This document shows, piece after piece, positions 8,483 to 19,840 of a stretch of DNA of 41,716 nt. The stretch is taken from NCBI GenBank assembly GCA_031424015.1, contig JANPGR010000032.1, positions 1 to 41,716 of the forward strand, read 5' to 3'. The notes beneath the pieces were generated by a model. The model was not told the origin of the DNA. It ran no database searches and worked only from the letters and a program-made list of their open reading frames with translations. Origin of the DNA: Candidatus Nomurabacteria bacterium (GTDB lineage: Bacteria; Patescibacteriota; Minisyncoccia; Phycocordibacterales; UBA1006). A program made the translations under genes and the position numbers. Position 1 is the first letter of the stretch; each line of letters starts with the position of its first letter.

Positions 8483-8621
8483 CTGAATCCGAAAAGTCAA
8501 CGAAAACCCACGTGTTCTCGCAATGCGAGCCACTTTTCTCCAAAAATATATCAGTTTTTTTGCAAAAACTGATTATTTTTCTTGGCACAAGAGGGTGTTT
8601 CTTTTGACTTTTCGGATTCAG
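8483..8621. repeat. 139-nt palindromic element with a predicted three-way junction (candidate ncRNA, MITE or complex terminator)
   Basis: A perfect 18-bp closing inverted repeat: ctgaatccgaaaagtcaa (8483-8500) pairs with ttgacttttcggattcag (8604-8621). Two inner hairpins: GTG-tt-CTCGCA-a-TGCGAG-c-CAC (about 8511-8533) and atcagttttt-ttgc-aaaaactgat (about 8550-8573). Confidence 0.5.
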
Positions 8622-8727
8622 ATTGCTCACCATTGACAAAATAGCTCTAAACTATTACTTCGTTTAACTATGAAATTTAGCTCTATCCACTAGGATTTCC
8701 TTTTTTGTTGTGATAAGATGTCTGTAT

Positions 8728-11223
8728 ATGTCATCAATCCTGAAATTTCTAACCGGAGACCGTACAGCAGCGTTTTTACGTAAAGCCCAAAAAATTGTCA
8801 ATGCAGTAAATGCCTTAGAATCCCAAATGGAACATATTGATTCTGCTGATTTTCCAGCAAAAACCCAAGAATTCCGAGATCGCTACGCGTCAGGAGAATC
8901 TCTCGAGAGTATTCTACCGGAAGCATTCGCGCTCTGTCGTGAAGCTTCAAAGAGAGCTCTCAATATGAGACATTTTGATGTTCAGATTATTGGTGGATAT
9001 GCACTGCATTCAGGGAATCTGGCAGAAATGCGAACAGGAGAAGGAAAAACTCTCGTTGCAACATTGCCAGCATATTTGAATGCTATTACGAGTGCGGGCG
9101 TCCACGTCGTTACCGTAAATGATTATTTGGCGACTCGTGATGCACAGTGGATGGGCCCACTCTACAGTATGCTCGGTATGCGAGTAGGTATTATCAATGA
9201 TAACTTTATTTCATACGAATTCGACCCAAACCACAAAGACGAAGAATCAAAACTCATAGAAACAGGAGATTATCAGATTCTCCATTCTTTTTTGCGTCCT
9301 GTTTCAAAGACAGAAGCATATGCTTGTGATATAACCTATGGTACCAATAGTCAGTTCGGCTTTGATTATTTGCGTGATAATACTGTCCAGTTTGCTACTC
9401 AGTTGTCACAGCGAGGGCATGCATATGCTATCGTGGATGAGGTTGACTCGATCTTGATCGATGAGGCGCGTGTTCCTCTGATACTCTCTACGAGCTCAGA
9501 CGAAGCGAGCAGTACCTATAAAACCTTTGCAGACCTGGCTCGTACACTGATCCTCGACGAGGACTACACTGTTGACGAGAAATATCACGCTATTCAAATG
9601 ACAAATGCAGGATTAGACAAAGCAGAAGCATATCTCAAGGTGGAAAATATCTATACTTCAGCGAATATCGCCCTGGCGCATCATCTGGAAAATGCTGTTC
9701 GTGCAGAAGCACTCTACATTAGAGATCGAGAATATCTCGTCCGTAACGGAGAGATACTCATCATTGACCAATCAACAGGTCGCACCCAAGAGGGTCGCCG
9801 TTGGTCAGACGGTCTGCATCAAGCTGTCGAAGCAAAAGAAGGAGTAGAAATCAAACAAGAAACACGCACTCTCGCATCGATAACGTATCAGAACTACTTT
9901 AAATTCTACAAAAAGCTCTCGGGAATGACCGGAACAGGAAAAACGAGCGAAGAAGAATTCCAAAAAGTATATAATTTGGATGTTTTGCCAATTCCAACCA
10001 ATCGGCCTAATAAACGAAAAGACAATATGGATTTGATTTTCTTGAATGAAAAAGCAAAATGGCGCGCAATCGCAGCAAAAGTAAAAGAACTCCATAGCAA
10101 GGGTCAACCAGTATTGATCGGTACTGTCTCTGTAGAGAAAAACGAGCTTTTGTCAGCATTTTTGAATCAGCAAGAAATTCCTCACGTACGTTTGAATGCA
10201 AAGAATCACGAATCCGAAGGTGCTGTTATCGCATCAGGTGGGAAACGTGGTTCTGTTACGGTTGCAACCAATATGGCGGGTCGTGGTATTGACATTAAAC
10301 TAGGAGGAGCGGACGCAACACCAGCCGAAGCAGAAGAGATACGAGAATTGGGCGGACTCTACGTGATTGGAACAGAGCGACATGAAGCACGCCGTATTGA
10401 CAATCAGCTACGTGGACGATCAGGTCGCCAGGGAGATCCAGGAGAGACACAGTTCTATGTCTCATTGGACGATCATTTGATGCGTGTATTCGGGTCTGAC
10501 AAGGTAAAGAGTCTGATGCAAAAGCTCAAAATGCCAGAAGATATGCCTATTCAACATAGTATGATATCGAGCAATCTGGAAAAAGCTCAAGAAAAAATCG
10601 AAGGATTCAATTTTGATGCTCGAAAACACGTTCTGTCCTATGATGACGTACTCGCAAAGCACCGAACTGTGCTCTACACCCGTAGGTCAAAACTTCTCCA
10701 TCGTGATATAATGATGATAGAGCAAATGTGGAATACTCAAATTGTCCCACAAATGCCTGATTACACAGAATCGTTCACTGAAAAACGAGCAGAATTAGGA
10801 GATGCAGATTTTGTTGAGTTATTTGCTCGTGTTGCTCTCCAATCTCTCGATCGATTGTGGATGGAACATCTAGAGTTGATGGACCAATCTCGCCGTAGTG
10901 TGGGACTCCGTGCGTATGGTCAGCGTGACCCGTTGGTTGAATATGCAAAAGAAGCATCACGTTTGTACAAAGAACTCGAAGGAGTATTCTATTCTGATAT
11001 TACACAATTCTTCTTTAATCTCGACGTGAGCACCTTTAAAAAGGCAGTAGAAATAGACAAAGAGGAGTCAGAAGAAGACGATGAAAAAAAGAAGGAACCA
11101 TCTAGCCTCAATTCAGAATATACAACTATTGTAAAAGGTTCTGACTCTCGTCAAATCAAAACAAAGAAACTCGGCCAGTGGGTAGAAGCGGGCTGGACTA
11201 TTGTCCAGGCAGGAAGAAGATAA
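8728..11223 (+). CDS. secA: Preprotein translocase ATPase SecA
   Basis: N-terminus MSSILKFLTGD...; Walker A MRTGEGKTLVATLPAYLNA; DEAD-like VDEVDSILIDEARVPLI; ATNMAGRGIDIKLGG; RGRSGRQGDPGETQFYVSLDD. I prefer ATG 8728 to GTG 8710. Confidence 0.95.
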   Translation: MSSILKFLTGDRTAAFLRKAQKIVNAVNALESQMEHIDSADFPAKTQEFRDRYASGESLESILPEAFALCREASKRALNMRHFDVQIIGGYALHSGNLAEMRTGEGKTLVATLPAYLNAITSAGVHVVTVNDYLATRDAQWMGPLYSMLGMRVGIINDNFISYEFDPNHKDEESKLIETGDYQILHSFLRPVSKTEAYACDITYGTNSQFGFDYLRDNTVQFATQLSQRGHAYAIVDEVDSILIDEARVPLILSTSSDEASSTYKTFADLARTLILDEDYTVDEKYHAIQMTNAGLDKAEAYLKVENIYTSANIALAHHLENAVRAEALYIRDREYLVRNGEILIIDQSTGRTQEGRRWSDGLHQAVEAKEGVEIKQETRTLASITYQNYFKFYKKLSGMTGTGKTSEEEFQKVYNLDVLPIPTNRPNKRKDNMDLIFLNEKAKWRAIAAKVKELHSKGQPVLIGTVSVEKNELLSAFLNQQEIPHVRLNAKNHESEGAVIASGGKRGSVTVATNMAGRGIDIKLGGADATPAEAEEIRELGGLYVIGTERHEARRIDNQLRGRSGRQGDPGETQFYVSLDDHLMRVFGSDKVKSLMQKLKMPEDMPIQHSMISSNLEKAQEKIEGFNFDARKHVLSYDDVLAKHRTVLYTRRSKLLHRDIMMIEQMWNTQIVPQMPDYTESFTEKRAELGDADFVELFARVALQSLDRLWMEHLELMDQSRRSVGLRAYGQRDPLVEYAKEASRLYKELEGVFYSDITQFFFNLDVSTFKKAVEIDKEESEEDDEKKKEPSSLNSEYTTIVKGSDSRQIKTKKLGQWVEAGWTIVQAGRR

Positions 11224-11241
11224 TACTTTATAACCATTTAT

Positions 11242-11266
11242 AAAACCCCAGTTTTCCTGGGGTTTT
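11242..11266 (+). terminator. Intrinsic terminator downstream of secA
   Basis: aaaaccccag-ttttc-ctggggtttt: a 10-bp perfect stem followed by a T-rich tail. Confidence 0.75.
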
Positions 11267-11339
11267 ATATTTGATTAATCTAAATTTTTTGTTATACTGT
11301 TCCTGTCTGGGTTGTTTATTGCTAAATAATCCATTACTT

Positions 11340-11413
11340 GCGAATATAGCTCAGCTGGTTAGAGCGCGTCACTGATAATGACGAGGTCCCAGGTTCGAAT
11401 CCTGGTATTCGCA
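11340..11413 (+). tRNA. tRNA-Ile (anticodon GAU)
   Basis: Hand-folded cloverleaf. Acceptor gcgaata/tattcgc plus discriminator A. D arm gctc-agctggtta-gagc. Anticodon arm cgtca-ctGATaa-tgacg. Variable loop aggtc. T arm ccagg-ttcgaat-cctgg. CCA is not encoded. Confidence 0.93.
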
Positions 11414-11425
11414 CACGAGTTTCTT

Positions 11426-12253
11426 ATGTCAAAGGATCATACAACAACCGAACATGAACACACACTCTTTGCAGAGCAGCTATTCAACATCGGGGGTTTT
11501 CCTGTTACTAATGGCATGGTAACGAGTTGGCTTGCTCTTTTTGTGATTATTGCGCTTTCTCTTTTTGTTGGTTCTCGAATACGGATGATACCTGGGCGCG
11601 TACAAAGTTTTTTTGAATTGCTCTGTGAGCAGTTTTTAGAGTTATGTGACCAAGTGACAAATGATAGGGCAATATCGGAAAAAGCCTTTCCTCTAGCAAT
11701 AGGAATGTTTATTTTTGTATTAATCAATAACTGGATGGGTATTGTTCCTGGTGTTGGTTCACTGTTTATGACTACTCATACAGGAGAGAGTATTGCTCTC
11801 TTGCGAGGTGCAACAGCTGATATCAATACTACACTGGCATTGTCCCTCTTTTCTGTTGTTGCTTCTAATCTGGTCGGAATACTTTCCGTAGGGCTCTGGG
11901 CTACTCTAACAAAGTTTGTCCCAATATCAGAATTATTCAAGGTAAGGCAGATTATAAAAAACCCAACACTGATCATACAAATTCCCGTAAATATTTTTGT
12001 TGGGCTTTTGGAATTGTTAGGGGAAATGGCAAAAGTAGCAGCTCTATCATTCCGACTCTTTGGAAATGTTTTTGCAGGAGAAGTCCTCCTCGCGTCAATG
12101 TCAGCATTGTTAGCATATGGGATACCGGTGCCATTTCTGTTTTTAGAATTTTTCGTCGGAATTATCCAAGCGTTTATTATATCACTCCTTACGGTCGTAT
12201 ATATAACTCTTGCATCACAGGTTCATGGAGATGCAGAATCCCATGCCCATTAG
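11426..12253 (+). CDS. atpB: F0F1 ATP synthase subunit a
   Basis: Polytopic membrane protein with the conserved LSFRLFGNVFAGE motif, first gene of the atp cluster. I use ATG 11426 because the longer ORF (11378) overlaps the tRNA. Confidence 0.9.
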   Translation: MSKDHTTTEHEHTLFAEQLFNIGGFPVTNGMVTSWLALFVIIALSLFVGSRIRMIPGRVQSFFELLCEQFLELCDQVTNDRAISEKAFPLAIGMFIFVLINNWMGIVPGVGSLFMTTHTGESIALLRGATADINTTLALSLFSVVASNLVGILSVGLWATLTKFVPISELFKVRQIIKNPTLIIQIPVNIFVGLLELLGEMAKVAALSFRLFGNVFAGEVLLASMSALLAYGIPVPFLFLEFFVGIIQAFIISLLTVVYITLASQVHGDAESHAH

Positions 12254-12267
12254 GTAGACGCGATAAT

Positions 12268-12298
12268 TCTCGAAATATACATTTGTATTGTTTCGAGA
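12268..12298 (+). other. Intra-operon hairpin between atpB and atpE
   Basis: tctcgaaa (12268-12275) pairs with tttcgaga (12291-12298), 8 bp, with a 15-nt loop. Confidence 0.4.
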
Positions 12299-12335
12299 TT
12301 GGTCTTGTTTACTCATTATTATCTAGTTAAATTAA

Positions 12336-12578
<243 letters not shown>

Positions 12579-12590
12579 TCATTTCTTTGT

Positions 12591-13088
12591 ATGCAAGAAT
12601 TATTATCAACATTTCATGTAGACGGCAGACTCATTATTGCTCAACTGGTTAATTTTGCCATTGTTTTGGTAATGATTAACTATGTAATAGTCCGACCGCT
12701 CAGACGAGTAATAGCAGAGCGTACAAAAATAATCCAATCTGGAGTTGATAATGCCCAGCATGCAGAAACAATTCTGAAACAAACAAAAGAAGAAGCAGCC
12801 GAGGTACTGCTCTCTGCAAAGCAAAGTGCAGCAATAGTACAGTCTGATGCGAATCGTCATGCTGACACAATAATCACAACAGCAGAAACTACCGCCCAAG
12901 AAAAAGCAAAATCTATAATAGAACAAGCAGACAAAGATATACAAAAGCATCGTCAACTCGTGGAAACAATGATTCGTAATGACTCTGTTGATATGATCAT
13001 TGCTTCTGCAAAATCAGTGTTACAAAAAGAGCTTTCTAATACTGCAAATGCAAAAGCTCACACAGAATCTCTGATTCAAAAAATATAA
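12591..13088 (+). CDS. atpF: F0F1 ATP synthase subunit b
   Basis: N-terminal TM helix followed by a long charged helix (RPLRRVIAERTKII...AEVLL...). Sits between c and delta. Confidence 0.85.
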   Translation: MQELLSTFHVDGRLIIAQLVNFAIVLVMINYVIVRPLRRVIAERTKIIQSGVDNAQHAETILKQTKEEAAEVLLSAKQSAAIVQSDANRHADTIITTAETTAQEKAKSIIEQADKDIQKHRQLVETMIRNDSVDMIIASAKSVLQKELSNTANAKAHTESLIQKI

Positions 13089-13091
13089 TAT

Positions 13092-13511
13092 ATGAAAATA
13101 ACTCCTAAAAATATTGTGCATACTATTCTCGAAATATACAAAGAAAATCCTGCAGATAGCAATTCTTTTTCCCTCGGTCTCAAGTCTTTTTTAGAAAAAA
13201 AGAATATGATGTATATGTTGCCAGCTATTATTCGAGAATTTTCTGTTGCAGAAAAGAAAGAGCTCATAAAGAATACTTGCACAATAACGCTCGCTGATTC
13301 TATGCATAAGGAGTTATTTTCAAAAGATTTGGCATCAAAAATAGTTAGTACATCAGTTGATTCAGTTGAATATAAGATTGATTCGAATATTGTTGGAGGA
13401 TTTATTGCTGAATATAATTTTCTCGAATATGATGCAAGCGTTAAGTCCTCGTTAGAATCTCTCAGGCAACATTTACTAGAAAAAGCCCTTTCATCATCTA
13501 ATTCCCTATAA
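13092..13511 (+). CDS. atpH: F0F1 ATP synthase subunit delta (OSCP), short form (139 aa)
   Basis: Sits between b and alpha. The C-terminal pattern IVGGFIAEYNFLEYDASVKSSLESL is like the OSCP tail. The N-terminal part is poorly conserved and short. Confidence 0.7.
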   Translation: MKITPKNIVHTILEIYKENPADSNSFSLGLKSFLEKKNMMYMLPAIIREFSVAEKKELIKNTCTITLADSMHKELFSKDLASKIVSTSVDSVEYKIDSNIVGGFIAEYNFLEYDASVKSSLESLRQHLLEKALSSSNSL

Positions 13512-13516
13512 TATTT

Positions 13517-15013
13517 ATGCAAACATTTATCTCAGATTTAAAACAACAATTATCGAGCTGGACTCCACAGGCTCAGATTTCTGATTATGGTATTGTCACT
13601 TCGGTGTTCGATGGTATTGTTCGTATTGCTGGATTACCGAATGTTTCCATGTCAGAAACATTACTAATCGAGACAGATACTGGTAATGTTTCTGCATTGG
13701 TACAAAACCTGGAACAGGATTCAATAGGGGCTGTTATGTTCGGTATCGCTAGTTCGGTCAGAGAAGGGGATAGAGTTCGTGCTACCGGTACGGTATTTTC
13801 CTTGCCTGTGGGGGCTGATTGTTTGGGGCGTGTGCTCGATCCGTTTATGAAACCTCTCGACGGGAAACCTGCGCCTCTTGCTCAGGATCAGTATCCCGTA
13901 GAACGCACGGCTCCTGGTGTAATGCACCGTCAGTCGGTCAACCAGCCCTTGCAGACAGGAATAAAGGTTATCGATGCATTAGTGCCAATCGGACGAGGTC
14001 AACGAGAATTGATTATCGGGGATAGACAAACGGGAAAGACAACCGTCGCAATCGATGCAATACTCAATCAAAAAAATACAGGAGTAAAATGTATCTATGT
14101 CGCAATAGGGCAAAAACAATCCAAGGTCATGCGTATAGTCCAAGATCTAACAGTTGCGGGAGCTATGGAATACACTACTATCATTTTAGCGAGTGCTTCT
14201 GACAGCGCTTCTCAGTTGTATATTGCTCCTTATGCAGGAGTTACTCTGGCTGAATATTTTATGGACAAGGGACAGGATGTGCTCATTGTGTATGACGATC
14301 TATCAAAGCATGCAAATGCATATCGAGAAATGTCTCTTCTCTTGCGTAGACCACCAGGGCGCGAAGCCTATCCTGGTGATGTATTTTACCTGCATTCACG
14401 ACTACTCGAGCGTGCTTGTCGCAGAAACGCTGAACATGGAGGTGGTTCGATTACTGCGCTCCCGATTATTGAAACACAAGCGGGTGATATTTCTGGATAT
14501 ATTCCAACAAATGTTATTTCCATTACTGACGGACAGATTTTCTTGGAATCAAGTTTGTTTAACAAGGGGGTTAGACCTGCAATTAATGCAGGGTTGTCAG
14601 TATCTCGTGTCGGGGGGAGTGCACAAATAAAATCAATGAAAAAAATAGCAGGACCTATGAAACTCCAACTCGCTCAGTATCGAGAGCTCGAATCATTTTC
14701 CCAGTTTGATTCTGATTTGGATCCTGCGACCAAATCAACTCTCGAGAGAGGAAAGAGGCTGACGGAGCTACTAAAGCAGGCTCCTGCAAAGCCAATGTCT
14801 ACAGGTGCCCAAGTCGCAGTACTCTATTTTGCTTCAAAGGGTTACCTCGATGCTGTTCCTGTCGTAAAAGTTCGTGAAGTAGAAGAGTTGTTTGTTTCCT
14901 ATTTACAAAACAGCGAACCAGAAATTCTCTCAGCTATTGAGTCAGGCTGGTCTGAGGAAATAGAAGTAAAATTACGTGATGCGATAGAGGTATTTCAATC
15001 AATGCAACAATAA
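13517..15013 (+). CDS. atpA: F0F1 ATP synthase subunit alpha
   Basis: Walker A GDRQTGKTTVAID; YDDLSKHANAYREMSLLLRRPPGREAYPGDVFYLHSRLLER; ITDGQIFLES. Confidence 0.97.
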   Translation: MQTFISDLKQQLSSWTPQAQISDYGIVTSVFDGIVRIAGLPNVSMSETLLIETDTGNVSALVQNLEQDSIGAVMFGIASSVREGDRVRATGTVFSLPVGADCLGRVLDPFMKPLDGKPAPLAQDQYPVERTAPGVMHRQSVNQPLQTGIKVIDALVPIGRGQRELIIGDRQTGKTTVAIDAILNQKNTGVKCIYVAIGQKQSKVMRIVQDLTVAGAMEYTTIILASASDSASQLYIAPYAGVTLAEYFMDKGQDVLIVYDDLSKHANAYREMSLLLRRPPGREAYPGDVFYLHSRLLERACRRNAEHGGGSITALPIIETQAGDISGYIPTNVISITDGQIFLESSLFNKGVRPAINAGLSVSRVGGSAQIKSMKKIAGPMKLQLAQYRELESFSQFDSDLDPATKSTLERGKRLTELLKQAPAKPMSTGAQVAVLYFASKGYLDAVPVVKVREVEELFVSYLQNSEPEILSAIESGWSEEIEVKLRDAIEVFQSMQQ

Positions 15014-15017
15014 TCAT

Positions 15018-15875
15018 ATGCAAACAAAAGTCATTCAGTCGAAAATGAAGAGTATTAAAAATATTCGCAAGATAACCAAAACAATGGAGATGGTTTCTGT
15101 GAGTAAAATGAAACGAGCAGTCAATCAGGTCACGCTCGGTACAGGGTATGTAGAGCAGGCTGAAAAAATTATCTCTACTATTAGTAGTGAACATATTTTA
15201 AAGCATCCCCTGGTTCAACCTCGAAAAGAAGGCCGAGAATTGTTAATCTTAATCGCGTCAGATAAAGGACTCTGTGGTGGATACAATACATTGCTCTACC
15301 GAGCACTTTTCCAGCACTGCGGTGATCATACACAAAATTTTGATTGTATAACAATAGGTAAATACGCTGATAGAATTGCACGAAGAGTCGGGGTTCCTGT
15401 AATAGCTAGCTTTGGAGTGTTGACTGAAAACATAGATGATTCGGTTATTTATTCAATCACAAAGCTCATTATTGAAAAATTCACCATAAATACAGAATAC
15501 AAAAGTATAAAAACTATTTCTCAGAAAATCTTACAAGGCATTACATTTTCTCCTGGAGTAAAAGCGTTTTTGCCAATAACATCTTATTCAGGTAAACAAG
15601 CAGGAGTAGAAACAGATACGTATCTTTTCGAGCCGAACCCTACAGAAATATTAGATATTGTACTCCCCGAGATCCTGCAGGCAATTTTATTGCAAAGAAT
15701 ACAAGAAGCTCGTGCCGCAGAGCATACTGCTAGAATGGTCGCCATGAAAAATGCAACAGATAATGCGACGAATTATTATGATGCCTTGTCGCTCAGTTAT
15801 AATCGGGCGAGGCAAGCAGGTATTACTCAGGAGATTGCAGAAATAGTAGGTGGAGCGAGCGCATTAACAGGTTAG
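15018..15875 (+). CDS. atpG: F0F1 ATP synthase subunit gamma
   Basis: N-terminus IKNIRKITKTMEMVSVSKMKRA; C-terminus NRARQAGITQEIAEIVGGASAL. Confidence 0.93.
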   Translation: MQTKVIQSKMKSIKNIRKITKTMEMVSVSKMKRAVNQVTLGTGYVEQAEKIISTISSEHILKHPLVQPRKEGRELLILIASDKGLCGGYNTLLYRALFQHCGDHTQNFDCITIGKYADRIARRVGVPVIASFGVLTENIDDSVIYSITKLIIEKFTINTEYKSIKTISQKILQGITFSPGVKAFLPITSYSGKQAGVETDTYLFEPNPTEILDIVLPEILQAILLQRIQEARAAEHTARMVAMKNATDNATNYYDALSLSYNRARQAGITQEIAEIVGGASALTG

Positions 15876-15892
15876 AATATTATAAGTATTAG

Positions 15893-17299
<1,407 letters not shown>

Positions 17300-17302
17300 T
17301 AT

Positions 17303-17725
17303 ATGAATACAATTCCCTTTACTTTGGCAACTACCGGGAAAACCCTCTATACATCTGATGTTTTGAGGATTACTGTTATGACAAAATCAGGAGAAATAAC
17401 AATACTGCCAGGACATATACCTCTCGTAACTGTAGTTGTCCCCGGTGAACTGACGATAGAGACGAGTAATGGTATAATGCATTTTTTCGTCGGACAAGGC
17501 GTACTATCACTAGATAAAGAGCAGTGTACTATCCTCAGTAGTGTTACAGAGTTATCCGATGATATTGATATAGATTTGGTGAATGACGCGATACGTCGAG
17601 CCGCTGAATATTCAGAAAGCCAGTCAGACAAAAATGACAGGGAATATGCACGCCTCCAAGCCCAAATAGAGCGCGACTTAGCGCGTGTTCGTGTCAAAAC
17701 AAAATGGAGCACAGAGAGGTTCTAG
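17303..17725 (+). CDS. atpC: F0F1 ATP synthase subunit epsilon
   Basis: 140 aa, last gene of the cluster, with GEITILPGHIPLVT and a C-terminal helical hairpin. Confidence 0.88.
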   Translation: MNTIPFTLATTGKTLYTSDVLRITVMTKSGEITILPGHIPLVTVVVPGELTIETSNGIMHFFVGQGVLSLDKEQCTILSSVTELSDDIDIDLVNDAIRRAAEYSESQSDKNDREYARLQAQIERDLARVRVKTKWSTERF

Positions 17726-17802
17726 ATTTTGGTAGTGTATAAAATAGTTTTTATAAACATTCTTTTTCGCAATGTGGCAATTTTGTGATATACTATATTT
17801 CT

Positions 17803-18621
17803 ATGAAAAATTATTTAGAAAACTTTAACCCACGAGAGACATTGTTTACAATGGCTTCGTTATTTTTACTCATTTTATCAATTGGAGGAGTAGTCATGGT
17901 AGTGCGTCAGATATCTCAAACTGATTTAAACGCGAACGCCCGAACTATCAATGTAACCGCATCAGGTGAGGCATACCAAACACCTGACATAGCGCAGTTC
18001 AGCTATACAATCCAAAAAGAAGGCAAAGACGTAGCATCTACTCAAAAAGAAGTTACAAAGCTCTCTAATCAGGTAATGCAAAAATTAGCCGACCTCGGAG
18101 TTGATAAAAAAGACATAAAAACTACAGGAATTAGTGCAAATCCAAAATATGAATGGCAAAACAAAACCGTTGTATGCCCTATTGGCTCCTACTGTCCACC
18201 CGAGGGAAAGAATGTTCTGGTTGGATATGAATCTAGTGTGAATGTAGAAGTCACTGTCCGTGAGCTAGCATCATCGGGTACTATATTACAAGCCCTCGGA
18301 GAGGCAAATGTCACTAATGTAAATGGACCTAGCTTTACCACTGAGGATCGTGACAAAGCTCAGAATGAGGCTCGCAATAGCGCTCTGGCAAAAGCTCGTG
18401 TAAAAGCAGAGGGGATGGCAAAAGCAATGGGGGTTAAACTCGGAAAGGTTGTTTCTTTTAGTGAAGGAGGATCCTACCCTATGCCTATGATGGCTCGTGC
18501 AGAAATGGCAACTATGGCATATGACGCTGGTGCAGTAGCAAAATCAGCTCCAACACTGCAGATTTCAGCAGGTCAAGACAAAGTAACGGTTGATGTTACG
18601 GTTACTTATATTATTAAGTAA
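17803..18621 (+). CDS. SIMPL/DUF541 (BP26/OMP28-like) periplasmic or cell-surface protein
   Basis: An N-terminal TM anchor is followed by a typical SIMPL layout (INVTASGEAYQTPDIAQFSYTI..., KDIKTTGISANPKY..., NEARNSALAKARVKAEGMAKAMGVKLGKVVSF). I prefer ATG 17803 to GTG 17785. Confidence 0.8.
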   Translation: MKNYLENFNPRETLFTMASLFLLILSIGGVVMVVRQISQTDLNANARTINVTASGEAYQTPDIAQFSYTIQKEGKDVASTQKEVTKLSNQVMQKLADLGVDKKDIKTTGISANPKYEWQNKTVVCPIGSYCPPEGKNVLVGYESSVNVEVTVRELASSGTILQALGEANVTNVNGPSFTTEDRDKAQNEARNSALAKARVKAEGMAKAMGVKLGKVVSFSEGGSYPMPMMARAEMATMAYDAGAVAKSAPTLQISAGQDKVTVDVTVTYIIK

Positions 18622-18637
18622 TTGTATACTAAAAAAT

Positions 18638-19669
18638 ATGTCAGAAACAGTAGCAGATATAGCTAAATATCAAGAAAAAGATATTAAAAAAATAGAATCT
18701 TGGGATGATCAGATAAGTAAAATACAGCCATTTACAAAACAAGAAACGTTCAATCAATGGAAACGAGAAAGTCCAAAATCTTTTGAAAAGCTTTTCCCAA
18801 AATGGGAAGGAAAAAGAGTCGCAATAGTCTGTATGGACGAGCGATGTAGTTGTGCAAGATTTCAAAAAGAAGACCCAAAATTTATCACATTTAATGGTGC
18901 GGGATCCCTTTTGTTGTTCGGATCAACACCCGAAGAAATTGTAGACAACTTTTGGCCGATATTTTTGCGTCTGATCGAACGAGGTGCAACATTAGATATT
19001 ATAACTGGTCACAAAGGCTGTGGTGCTGCAGCACTCGTGAACCTAGATAATCCTGATAAGATAGCGAATCCAGATAATATTGCGTATCAAAAGCTTGAAA
19101 AAGTTGTAGAACTTTTGAATGCAAGGATTGTGGCCGAGAGCATAAAACATCACGCGGAAATAAAATTCGAAAAAATAACAGAGCTCGAAGGGGACGATGA
19201 TTATCATCACGCGGTTTCCTGTTTTGTCAATTTGCAGCCTGATAACAGTATCTCCGTCGGATCTTCCAAAGATTTTCCCGATGCATTTGCATTGAATGCT
19301 CGCAAGATTAGAAATTTCGAACAGACTCGTAATGAAATTATGGTGGCAATCGCTATTGCAACAGGCGGGCACGGATACGGTATCGCATCAGAAGATAACG
19401 CTTCTAACTTTGGATTTTCCTCAAAGAATCCATTCAGAGTGGTTGTTGTCCGTGACAAGAAATCCGAAACACAAAGGGAATATAAATACCATAGTGAACA
19501 GCTTCAGAACCCTTTTCAAGAGAATCTGTTTGATGGCCCTAGTCCATTTACTGGTGGTACCTCAGAAGTAGAAAAAGATCTCAATAACAAATGGAAACAT
19601 GCAAAAGAACTTATAAAAAAAGGCATTGTTACTTTTGTAGAGCTCGATACCTCCTCGGCTGAGGAATAA
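18638..19669 (+). CDS. Hypothetical protein with a beta-carbonic-anhydrase-like CxDxR...HxxC zinc-site signature
   Basis: 343-aa ORF from ATG 18638. VAIVCMDERC (C65, D67, R69) and IITGHKGCGAA (H125, C128) have the spacing and context of the beta-CA metal site. The remainder, including a roughly 200-aa C-terminal half, is not recognisable. Confidence 0.4.
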   Translation: MSETVADIAKYQEKDIKKIESWDDQISKIQPFTKQETFNQWKRESPKSFEKLFPKWEGKRVAIVCMDERCSCARFQKEDPKFITFNGAGSLLLFGSTPEEIVDNFWPIFLRLIERGATLDIITGHKGCGAAALVNLDNPDKIANPDNIAYQKLEKVVELLNARIVAESIKHHAEIKFEKITELEGDDDYHHAVSCFVNLQPDNSISVGSSKDFPDAFALNARKIRNFEQTRNEIMVAIAIATGGHGYGIASEDNASNFGFSSKNPFRVVVVRDKKSETQREYKYHSEQLQNPFQENLFDGPSPFTGGTSEVEKDLNNKWKHAKELIKKGIVTFVELDTSSAEE

Positions 19670-19698
19670 ATACCATATACAGTATGTATAAACCCTAT

Positions 19699-19726
19699 AA
19701 AAACCAGTTGAAATATACTGGTTTTT
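19699..19726 (+). terminator. Intrinsic terminator
   Basis: aaaaaccagt-tgaaatat-actggttttt: a 10-bp perfect stem with a T-run. Confidence 0.75.
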
Positions 19727-19840
19727 ATATTTAGATAGTAGGTTAGCCTAAAATAGGCAGTATGTTTTTCATTCGTATCGGATTTCATCCACAGGAGCTA
19801 GAATGTGAATTTCAAATCTCTGTGCTAGACTGTGAGTATT

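Noticed and set aside
11307-11326. A near-identical 20-mer (tgggtNgtttattgctaaa) upstream of tRNA-Ile and at the IS200 right end (26720-26739). It could be a solo IS end.
   Set aside because: It is a single short A+T-rich match with one mismatch. My rough estimate is that one such match is not unexpected by chance in this window, and there is no adjacent hairpin at 11.3 kb.
12606-12956. Long antisense or overlapping ORFs inside well-supported genes (for example 12606-12956, 17347-17712, 28198-28692, 38509-39045, 36905-37252).
   Set aside because: These are shadow ORFs opposite or overlapping genes with strong motif support. Their compositions are low-complexity or Cys/Ser-rich and no motifs are present.
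19780-19795. A DnaA-box-like tcatccaca, and a search for parS (TGTTNCACGTGAAACA) near parB.
   Set aside because: There is only one imperfect DnaA-box-like 9-mer and no cluster. No parS-like palindrome was found anywhere in the window.
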